Source: Candidatus Woesearchaeota archaeon (GTDB lineage Archaea; Nanobdellota; Nanobdellia; Woesearchaeales; B72-G16). From it: 39,747 bases of DNA. Shown here in pieces: positions 18,662 through 27,500 of this stretch (position 1 is its first letter; each line of letters starts with the position of its first letter). The notes beneath the pieces are model-generated. The model saw only the letters and a program-made list of their open reading frames with translations. It had not been told where the DNA came from and searched no databases. The stretch spans positions 1-39,747 of the forward strand of contig QMQO01000009.1 in the NCBI GenBank assembly GCA_003650545.1, read 5' to 3'. The translations under genes and the position numbers were made by a program.

Positions 18662-19185
18662 TTTAGAAAAGAGAATTTGAAAAGACTCATTCGGCAGATT
18701 ATTCCTTCTGGTTTCATTCTGGTTTGAAAGATTGTCAGCATAAAAAGATAATAGACTATTTATACAAAAAACAGCCAGACATCCTAATTTAAGATAGAAA
18801 GAATTAAGGTGTGTTTGAGATAACAAAGAAAAAACCAAGAGATGACTCTGATAAGTCAGTACAAAGTGAGAGTACGCTAATGAGAGTACGATAAGATTAA
18901 CAAGGGATATGGTAAACTATAATTCAATTGAGGGCAAAAGGCTTCATAAGATTAGGAAGATTAGATTTTTTATGATGGCAGAATTATAGAAGCAGATGTT
19001 TATCAGAGTGCATTAAAAGGCTTGGTTATTGTCGACATTGAGTTTAGAAGGCAGACGAATTAAAATGCAATCATGCCACTTTTGTCTTATAGACGTTTCT
19101 CAGGAGGATTATAACAGGTGGAATATTTGGAATGCTTTGTGGTAATAGTTGTGAGGATATTGAGTCACTAGGTTTAGAGATATAA
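18658..19185 (+). pseudogene. Degraded CYTH-domain (CyaB/triphosphate tunnel metalloenzyme) gene
   Basis: Ordered fragments across shifting frames: EFEKT (ExExK-like), GLKDCQHKKIID, HPNLR*, FEITKKKP, IEGKRLHKIR, YDGRIIEADVYQSALKGLVIVDIEF, FCLIDVSQED and MLCGNSCEDIE. Multiple stops and frameshifts. The ATG overlaps the upstream stop (ATGA). Confidence 0.75.
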
Positions 19186-19231
19186 GAGATTTCTAAAAAG
19201 AAATCTCTTTCTCTCTTTCAGTTTGTTAATT

Positions 19232-20419
19232 CTATCCATTATCTATTCCCATACCATTATCTATCCCCATATATACAATTTTTCCATTTTTAGATCTTGC
19301 AACATATAATGGGTACTTTATTTCGTGCAATTTTCTGTTTATTTTTAAATTACCAAACACACCTGAATGATTTTGTACAGACTCTAGCATATCTCTTATT
19401 TTCCATCTTGATATTTTGTCATCAAGCGATTCGATAGATCTGGCTATATATTTAACAGCATCATAACCATTAGCAGCATAGTGATTAGATCTGACTCCAT
19501 ATTTTCTTTCATATTTACTGTTAAAATCTCTTGTTTCTTGGCTTAATAACAATTCATCTTTATAGATTATAGGAGCTGTAAAATAAATATTGTTCACATA
19601 ATCTAATTGTTTGAGTGTTGTAGGAAGCGACAATGTTGAAGGACCAAGTATAACACCATCAAAATTTAATTCCTTTATTTGTCTAATTGCATTAAGGATA
19701 TGGCTATTGAATCCAACAACATAAATTGCATCGACATCCTCATTAATTAGTTTTATTATTTGTGTCTTAAAATCTGAATCGCCGATATTAAATTTCTCAC
19801 CAATTACATATTTCGCACCAACCTTACTTTGATTTTTATACAACCAATCCTGAAATGTTTTATAAACAGAATAACCAAAATCATCATTGAGATACAATAC
19901 ACCTAATTTTTCTATGTTGAGTTTTTCTAGCACCTTTATGATGGGCAATACTTCATCAACTGCAGTCGGATAATATCTGAATGTCCATTCATTTTGCGTA
20001 AAAGAAGGGGCACTTACGACTATTCCTAGTAAAGATATTTTTTCTTCTTTTGCTAAGGGTGCTACAGCCATCGAAACTGAACTTAACATTGATACTATTA
20101 CATCTACATCATCCCTGTCTTCTAGTTTATTAAAAGCCTTAACACCATCATTAGCATTGGTCCGACTGTCTTCTATTATCAATTTTAGTTTTGTTCCATG
20201 AACTCCACCTTGAGAATTAATATCGTCAATTGCTAGAAGCATACCATTCTTTACCTGCTCGCCCGGATAAGAAGCTGGCCCTGTCAATGGTAGGATTGCA
20301 CCAATTTTAATAACATTATCGTCATTTAAAGGGGTAGATATTAACATAGCCATTGCTATAATTATAGTTATTAAGATTACAATTACAGATACAAATCGAA
20401 CAAATTTTTTTTCTTTCAT
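19232..20419 (-). CDS. LivK/Leu-Ile-Val-type (periplasmic binding protein type 1) substrate-binding protein, membrane anchored
   Basis: N-terminal TM, then IKIGAILPLTG, INSQGGVHG.KLKLIIEDS, DDFG, DFKTQIIKL and YAANGYDAV. SD gaggt upstream. The C-terminal MGIDNG is duplicated. Confidence 0.9.
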   Translation of the reverse strand: MKEKKFVRFVSVIVILITIIIAMAMLISTPLNDDNVIKIGAILPLTGPASYPGEQVKNGMLLAIDDINSQGGVHGTKLKLIIEDSRTNANDGVKAFNKLEDRDDVDVIVSMLSSVSMAVAPLAKEEKISLLGIVVSAPSFTQNEWTFRYYPTAVDEVLPIIKVLEKLNIEKLGVLYLNDDFGYSVYKTFQDWLYKNQSKVGAKYVIGEKFNIGDSDFKTQIIKLINEDVDAIYVVGFNSHILNAIRQIKELNFDGVILGPSTLSLPTTLKQLDYVNNIYFTAPIIYKDELLLSQETRDFNSKYERKYGVRSNHYAANGYDAVKYIARSIESLDDKISRWKIRDMLESVQNHSGVFGNLKINRKLHEIKYPLYVARSKNGKIVYMGIDNGMGIDNG

Positions 20420-20439
20420 TTTTACAACCTCTCAAATTA

Positions 20440-20503
20440 ACTACTTTCCAAGAACGAAACACAAACAGGTTTTTAATTCTTTTTTACCCTCTTTGGGAGT
20501 AGT
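20440..20503. promoter_or_regulatory. Candidate TrmB operator(s) in the divergent promoter region
   Basis: TACC-N8-GAGTA at 20485-20501 resembles the haloarchaeal TrmB motif TACT-N7-8-GAGTA. A related inverted copy ACTACTTTCCAAGA lies at 20440-20453. Confidence 0.45.
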
Positions 20504-20541
20504 AAAATAGCTTTAAAAAGTTCAGATTTTATACCAGTTCT

Positions 20542-21279
20542 ATGACCAATATAGAGTTACTGGAAGAAGTAGGACTAACCTTACGTGAAATAAAAGTCTA
20601 TACAGCATTGTTAGAGTTGGGATTATCTCCAGTAGGTCCTATTATAAAAAAATCTGGTATACCGAGCTCAAAAATCTATGAAACACTAAACAAGTTAATA
20701 AGAAGAGGGCTTGCTAGTTATATTATAAAACAAAATAAGAAACATTTTTGTGCAAGTGAACCAAGAACTATTTTAGATTTTTTAGAAGAGAAAAAAAAGA
20801 AAATAAAAGAAGAGATTATACCAAAATTAGAACTTTTACAAAAATTTGCTGTTAGGGAAGAGGAAGCTACAGTTTATGAAGGAATTAAAGGTATAAAATC
20901 TATCTATGAGAGGATGGTTAAACTCCTAGAGAAGAATGAAGACATACTAGTTATGGGTGCACCAGCATCTGTTCAAGAGAAGATCGAACTCTATCTTCAA
21001 AACTGGAATAAAAGAAGAATTAAGAAAGGAATCAGGCTTAAAATAATATACCTGCCTGCAGCTAAAAAATATGGTAAAATACGTGAAAAAATGAAGTTCA
21101 CAGAAGTGAGGTACCTTAGTGAAACCATTACAGCACCTGCTTGGATAGATATATTCCAAGACTTTGTTGTAACTTTTGATTTTTCAAGAGAGATCCCAAT
21201 TGCTTTTTTGATCAAAAGCAGAGCTATTTCAAAAAGCTATAGAAATTATTTTGAACTGATATGGAGACAGTGTAAGTAG
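20542..21279 (+). CDS. TrmB-family transcriptional regulator
   Basis: wHTH N-terminus (LEEVGLTLREIKVYTALLELG...IPSSKIYETLNKLIRRGL) and a C-terminal effector domain (VYEGIKGIK...RIKKGI...FELIW). Confidence 0.9.
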   Translation: MTNIELLEEVGLTLREIKVYTALLELGLSPVGPIIKKSGIPSSKIYETLNKLIRRGLASYIIKQNKKHFCASEPRTILDFLEEKKKKIKEEIIPKLELLQKFAVREEEATVYEGIKGIKSIYERMVKLLEKNEDILVMGAPASVQEKIELYLQNWNKRRIKKGIRLKIIYLPAAKKYGKIREKMKFTEVRYLSETITAPAWIDIFQDFVVTFDFSREIPIAFLIKSRAISKSYRNYFELIWRQCK

Positions 21280-21327
21280 TTAAAAAAATTGCAAAATATG
21301 ATACGCTAAATTTACAAATCTACACCA

Positions 21328-21879
21328 TTATAGCTTTTCCATAACCATAATACTTTTCATCATGCTAAACTTAACACCAGGATAAGATTTCTCAATGTTG
21401 TCAAGCATCTTGATAATATCTAACATATACTTATCTCTTTCTTTTTTTGAAAATTTTAGTTTTTTAATCATGCAGTATTTTTCAGCTTCAGCATCAAGTA
21501 CATTTCTCAAAGGAAAAATTTCTTTTTTATTCTTTTTCCAACCCTTGCCCCTAAAAACAGCCCCAAGATAATCACTAACATAATCTTCAAGGGTTGCAGG
21601 AATCACTATTTTATTGTAACTCTTATTAATTCTCTTTAAAACCTTAAAGTTATAGTTTCTCAGTGCATTATCAAGAACATTTTTTAATACTATCGCTCCT
21701 GCGCTGTTATCATCTAACAACATGATTGTGTTTCTGATTTTAACATTATAGTCAACTCTTAATGTTTTTCTTATTCTCTTATCAACAACTTTGAGAAAAC
21801 AACCCTGACAATAGGGATTACTAGAGATGTTAACTGTTGCTTTTCTCTTGCCACATTTTCTGCAGATCATTTTATACAA
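21328..21879 (-). CDS. Degenerate TtuA/NcsA/Ctu2-like (PP-loop superfamily) protein with N-terminal Zn-binding motif
   Basis: CRKC...YCQGCF...KRIRK, then TLED, FPLRNV...E..KY and LDNIEKSYPGVKFS. The PP-loop SGGKDS is replaced by DDNSAG. Confidence 0.6.
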   Translation of the reverse strand: MYKMICRKCGKRKATVNISSNPYCQGCFLKVVDKRIRKTLRVDYNVKIRNTIMLLDDNSAGAIVLKNVLDNALRNYNFKVLKRINKSYNKIVIPATLEDYVSDYLGAVFRGKGWKKNKKEIFPLRNVLDAEAEKYCMIKKLKFSKKERDKYMLDIIKMLDNIEKSYPGVKFSMMKSIMVMEKL

Positions 21880-21950
21880 AATTTAATATTAAAATATTTT
21901 GATAATATTTATAACCAACTCATTTAAATTACTACTAACCAGTGCACACA

Positions 21951-21968
21951 AACCGAAAAATTTATATA
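21951..21968 (+). promoter_or_regulatory. Strong archaeal BRE/TATA promoter with no long ORF downstream
   Basis: aaccgaaaaa-tttatata, about 27 nt upstream of the structured element starting near 21995. Confidence 0.55.
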
Positions 21969-21994
21969 TAACCGTTATTAAACTATTATCTATT

Positions 21995-22096
21995 GAGGGA
22001 AGGTGATATGATACCTATAATACCTTCTCAAATTATATTCCTAATCTATCACCTCTTTTTCCCAAGCAAATGCCTTCGGGCATTTGCCTGGGTTTT
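21995..22096 (+). ncRNA. Candidate ~100-nt structured small RNA (or terminator element)
   Basis: AGGTGATA (22001-22008) pairs with TATCACCT (22047-22054). A 14-bp stem CCCAAGCAAATGCC-TTCG-GGCATTTGCCTGGG (22061-22092) is followed by TTTT. Confidence 0.4.
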
Positions 22097-22209
22097 AAAA
22101 TCACAATTTAGCTTATGCTCTCTGTTTTTGAATATCTAAATACGATTTATTTTCATACATATATTATTTTCATATACATATGTTTTTCTAATTATTTTCA
22201 TATATATGA

Positions 22210-24000
22210 TTATTTTTTCCTTTTAACCAATTTCTTACCTTTAGGTTTATAGATTTTAATAGCAACAACATTGCTTTTGTAATACAGAATCCCTATCATA
22301 AAGCCAATTATTAATCCAGCAATCAAAAATATAATTAATAACATTTTTGAATAGTGTTTGATCTCTTTCAGATCAACCTTCTCTCCAGGCTGTTCTTCTA
22401 AATATAGATCAAGGTTGCTCAATTCAAGAGAATATTCGTAGTACAACAAAGAAGAATATTTATCTGTCATATTCAGACTGTTTCCATACTCATAATAGCT
22501 ATAAGCAAGTATTGGAAAATTTCCTTTTTCAATTTGTTCCAGTAAGCTTCTTTCAACAGCTATTTTTTTTTGACCAAGGTAATTATTAATGCTATCATTA
22601 CTAACAGTGATGATACTCATATAAAAATTACTCTGAGCTTTTGCTCTGCTAGATTGGAATAAACAAAATTCATAATCCCCTATTTTAGAAGCCATTTTTG
22701 CTTCGTCAACTATTTTCTCAGCTTCTCTAAAGACACCAGGAAAGAACAAGTCAATGTACTGTACACGTTGCTCAGCTTCTGCAAGTTTAGTCGTACACGA
22801 ATTTTTCAAAGCAGAACTATCAAGCCTTAACCTTTTTCCAGGATAATCAAAAAAATCAGACCAGAATAGAGCACTCTCAAACCTTTCTATGCTGTATGCA
22901 AAGTTCATTGCAGCTACCTCACTGTTGTTTATGTTGTCTAAGCCTTTTTTTAGATGGTCCTTGGCGTCAGATAAACGCTCTCTCACAATCATCTTTGTCT
23001 GAAGATTGGTTATAGTATCAGTTTCCGCGTTTTTTATTTTTTCTTCCAAGCTAGAAATCAAGTGTTTGATTTTCAACGCTAACTTCATATAACCCTTCTC
23101 ATCTAATTTATTATTCAAAATCTCTAGATATTTCAATTGAACATTTGCACCAAAACAAAAGCTTGCAGCAGAATAAAAATTACCGTCTTTACGAGCTCTA
23201 ATAGACTTGTTAAACATTTCCATTGCACTTTCTTTAAGTTCTGTCTCATTCTCTTCTAGTTGAATCCCAACACTTTTCTCAATCAAATGTTCAGAGATTG
23301 TACAGATTTTATCTGCAATACTTTTCATCAAATTTGCATATTCACTTGTTGCAACAACATATCCACTTTTCTTTTCATACTTTGTGCCAATAAATTCCAA
23401 CATTCCATCATATAGGTTTGAAACCTCAACAACCTCAACACCTTTTTTCTTTCCATAATAAACTAAGTCAATTGTTTTATTTCCTTCTTCATATAATCTT
23501 TCTCCTATAGGGATCAAAACTTTTTTTATTTCGGCTTTAGCTGCTGCATCAATCTTTGCTTTGAGACCACCTACTGGGCCTATTACACCCCCTGAATTAA
23601 TCGTGCCAGTCACAGAAACATCTTGATCAACAGCTAAGCCATCAAGAGTTGCAATTGTTAATAATGTAATTGCGGAACCGGCACTAGGCCCACCAACTAA
23701 CGCAGACTCAGCCCTTATTGTGTAGAAAAAATCCAACTTGCTGCAATCTTTATTTAGGAAGTCACAGGCAATTTCTTTAGCAATTCTAGCAGACATCTGA
23801 GTATCTAGCTTTGTTATAGGATACGTGTCTATAAAGACGCGGCCATTTCCTTCTTCAATCTCAACAGTGAGTTCAGCAACACCACCAATAAATTCACCAT
23901 TTTGTTTTTCAGCAACAGCTAACAACTTCATCTTGTTAGAAACAGCTTGTACACTTAAAACAAGCAATAATAGTATAAGTAACCATGCGATTTTTTTCAT
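22210..24000 (-). CDS. Secreted/membrane-anchored Lon-type (S16) Ser-Lys protease lacking the AAA+ module
   Basis: GGPSAG (catalytic Ser), VTGTINSGGVIGPVGGLKAKIDAA (catalytic Lys), a helical C-terminal region and a C-terminal TM plus basic tail. The start is reassigned to ATG 24000 (signal peptide MKKIAWLLILLLLVLSVQA, TATA at 24023-24030). The 52 extra upstream codons in the ORF track are AT-rich promoter sequence. Confidence 0.88.
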   Translation of the reverse strand: MKKIAWLLILLLLVLSVQAVSNKMKLLAVAEKQNGEFIGGVAELTVEIEEGNGRVFIDTYPITKLDTQMSARIAKEIACDFLNKDCSKLDFFYTIRAESALVGGPSAGSAITLLTIATLDGLAVDQDVSVTGTINSGGVIGPVGGLKAKIDAAAKAEIKKVLIPIGERLYEEGNKTIDLVYYGKKKGVEVVEVSNLYDGMLEFIGTKYEKKSGYVVATSEYANLMKSIADKICTISEHLIEKSVGIQLEENETELKESAMEMFNKSIRARKDGNFYSAASFCFGANVQLKYLEILNNKLDEKGYMKLALKIKHLISSLEEKIKNAETDTITNLQTKMIVRERLSDAKDHLKKGLDNINNSEVAAMNFAYSIERFESALFWSDFFDYPGKRLRLDSSALKNSCTTKLAEAEQRVQYIDLFFPGVFREAEKIVDEAKMASKIGDYEFCLFQSSRAKAQSNFYMSIITVSNDSINNYLGQKKIAVERSLLEQIEKGNFPILAYSYYEYGNSLNMTDKYSSLLYYEYSLELSNLDLYLEEQPGEKVDLKEIKHYSKMLLIIFLIAGLIIGFMIGILYYKSNVVAIKIYKPKGKKLVKRKK

Positions 24001-24188
24001 ACATAAAGATAAAAAAATAATATTTATAAAGATTGTGTATTTAAACCATTTAAAAATTAAAAAATAAAATAACAAAATAAAAAAATTTATATATAATGTT
24101 TGTTTTTTCAGATCTGGGAGAAGTGGGATCAACACATAAAGATAAATTTTAAGCAATATTTTAAGTAATAAAACACCAAAAGGTTAAA

Positions 24189-24323
24189 ATGCCAGCATTA
24201 AAGTACCAGGACGAGGAACAGAACAAGAGAAAGACATATATCTGTCCAGATTGTAATAGTGAGGAAGTTGAAAAACGCAATGGCGAAGTGTATTGTTTAA
24301 GATGTGGTCTAGTGTTGGAATAA
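24189..24323 (+). CDS. 44-aa stand-alone TFIIB-type zinc-ribbon protein (not in ORF track)
   Basis: MPALKYQDEEQNKRKTYICPDCNSEEVEKRNGEVYCLRCGLVLE*. CPxC-x8-GExxCxxCGLV matches the TFB N-terminal ribbon. TATA tttatata at 24086-24093. Confidence 0.75.
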   Translation: MPALKYQDEEQNKRKTYICPDCNSEEVEKRNGEVYCLRCGLVLE

Positions 24324-24506
24324 AATAATCTGTTAATCATTATTTCTTCCTATAAAATATCTTAGCAGCTTACTTAATCCGCCTACTTAATCCACGCGTT
24401 TTAACAATTATCTTTTCTAATATTATAATAAGAATGTTATAATAAGAAGAGACTTAATTTTTGCCTAACAAAACAAACAAAACACAAAAAAAATAGAAAT
24501 AAAAAA

Positions 24507-27500
24507 TCACTCATTTTTCTTGATATTATACTTTTTATGATTCTTGTGTGTACTTTTAAACATTCTCATCAACTCATCATACTTAGACCTCTTTGGTTTT
24601 AACAATAAAACAATGACAGAAATCAACACAATGATAATGCTGATAATAACAATAATCTCCTGTAGGGAGAATGGTAGTCTAATCTCAGCAATCCATTTTT
24701 GCTTGGGTTCAACAATTTTTTCTGATACCAAAACAGCTTTTTCAGCAGGGGCTAGAGCTACAGGTGGTTCTTTTTCAGTCACTTCTGGTTTTTTTTCTAC
24801 ACTTGGTGCTGGAGCTTTGAACCCCTTCACTGTGATTGCAAAATAACTAAATCCAGGGGTTTCAGCTTCGTAATAAATATATTGGCTATCTTCTCTAATC
24901 ACTTTTGTGGGAAGTTCGTTCCAGCTGCCATTATAGCGTGCAAGTGTAACATTGTTAACATTAATACCATTATTTGAAATCCATAATTTGCTAACCTCAA
25001 ACCTAACTTTTGCAACCAAGATATTCTCAGTAGGGATATTTGTACTGATATTGACGTAGGCCCCAACAAAACCTTCTATTTCAGGTACTGTTAATTTGCC
25101 AACCTGTGCAACAGTAAACTTAGCGTCTGTAAAGTCTATGTTAAGTTTTACTTTTAAAGCATCAATACCCAGTACATCAAAGCTGACTGTCTTTTCAGTA
25201 TTAGCTCTAATCGTTGCATAAATCTTGGTAGTTGCATTTACAAAAACACTAGGAATGTAAGTTGCAAAACTCCCTCCTCCACCACTGCTACCACCTCCAC
25301 TGGTTGATGTAATTGTACAGCTTTGGCTTTCTTCAGGTTTATTATTGATAGTGCCACAGTTGTTTACGTCAGTACAAGTTCTGGTTTGGGTCCCACTAGA
25401 ACAAGAACTCCAACTTGTGCAGCTCCAAGACTCGGTGCATTGTTGCTTAACAGCCGAATGTACTAAGCCTGAGACTTTGTATTGTGTATCATTTGTAGAA
25501 AGCGCACAACTATAATCGCCACTTGTACCTGGACAGATTATATAATATTCATTTGTATCATTACACCCATCACTTATCTGTGTTAAACTAGAAACCTCTT
25601 CATCCTTTATACATACACTTGTCTTGTTGGTGTCTATTATATCAACATAAATACTTTTTTTAACACTTTGAGAACTTAAATCCAATCCGCGAACAATAAC
25701 ACTACCAATAGTGCTTGTTGAGTTCTGTACTTTTATACTTATGTCTGCAAGATTCAAGGTTTCATTCTTGCTAAAGTTGAAATCAAATCGTACAATAGGC
25801 TTGCTTGCATTACCTATCATGACAATCCTTGTCCCGTTAAATAGCTTACTAAGATTGGTTTCACCGTCAATAGTAACATTAACCGCTTCTACATTTATAT
25901 CTATATTAGAGGCAATTCCATTTAGTGTATCCTGATTATCGATTATACCATCGTTATCATCATCTGTATCGTTTATGTCTGGTGTTCCATCATCGTCTGT
26001 GTCTCTTACTATTATAAACCTGGTTTGGTTAAAACCAGTCAGTGAGGCGGAATCAATAGACCAGACATCGATTGTGTGAGTTGTATAGTTATATAACGAA
26101 ACAACAGTCGCTATTGAAGAACAATTATTACACAGTGTAGCATTTGCTTCTGTATCTAATCTATATATTGAATCTACAGGTTCGCTAAATGTCACATTCA
26201 GCCAGACGTTTGGAGAGCTTCTTGTTATTGTCGATCCGTTCTGTGGACTATTAATGATCACATCTGGATTAGTAATATCTTGACAGCTTGTTGCATTATC
26301 TATGCAGGTTTCCTGAAGAGAACATGCATCATGTAATACCCAATCACCTTGCAATGCCAATGTTCCATCACAAGCACCAGTACCTGTACCGCAATATTGC
26401 ACAATGCTCTGCTTCCAGAGATCATCCCCTAGGGCTGTTCCGTTTGGACACCCATAGTCTACACCATAACTTGCATTACAAATAGTTGTCCCTGGATCAT
26501 TCACATAGCTGTCACAACTGGCGAAGATAATGCTTCCATTTCCATCACAAGTGTTATTAACGTCATAATAGTTTCTACATATAGTATCAAGATAATCACA
26601 GTCTGTGGTATTTACATATGTTCCAGACGGCATGTTGGTGTAATTGTTACATATTCCATAATTAATTCCGCCAGAGCCATCACAAGTTGTGTTTGTATCG
26701 TGGTAGTCTCTACATATATTATCTAAATAATCGCAATCAGTGGTGTTAATAACATACCCGTTTGGTTTATATAATGCAACGTGGCATCCAGTAGTACTAT
26801 TAAAAATATAGCTAATGCAAGTCACGTTAGCAGGTAGATTAACCAGACTCTCGTTATCGCATTGATCTAATGCATCGCACAGACCGTCACCATCAGTATC
26901 TATGTTTGAAATTGTTGCAATAAAAACATAACTTACATTGTACTCTCCATCTCCCGCGGTTGCTGTTACAGCTGCAGCACCATACCAACATCCGGCTGAG
27001 CTAACATTAATCCTATTTCCGTTTAAGGAGCTTACAACATTCGTTTCGTTATCAGATACATAATAAAGTAAGGTTTTGTTATCTACGTCAGAGAAATAAT
27101 TAGTCAAGTTAGCCGTCATATTATAGCTGTTCTGTTGTACAACTATATTAGGAATAGATGTAATAACAACAGGAGCATCATTCACAGCAGTTACAGTGAC
27201 AGTGAAATCATCTGATGTATTATATTGTCCGTCTCCTGCTGTAACATTTACAACACCAACACCAAAATATTCAGTATTGGGTGTCACATTAATTACATTT
27301 CCTGTTATCAAACCAACAGATATGTTAGGATTAGAGCTTGTCAGATAATAAGTTATTGTGCTATCAGGATCAGAAAAATGATCGTCTAAGTCAACCGTTG
27401 TATTGAACTCATCCTCAACAATCGTCATGTCTGAGAGTGGGACATCCAATGTTGGTGGATCATTAACTGCAAGAGTAAAGGTTCTATTATTTACCCCCCA

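Noticed and set aside
24001..24156. 52-aa N-terminal extension of the Lon-like ORF in the ORF track
   Set aside because: It is AT-rich promoter DNA containing the TATA box. A clean signal peptide starts at ATG 24000.
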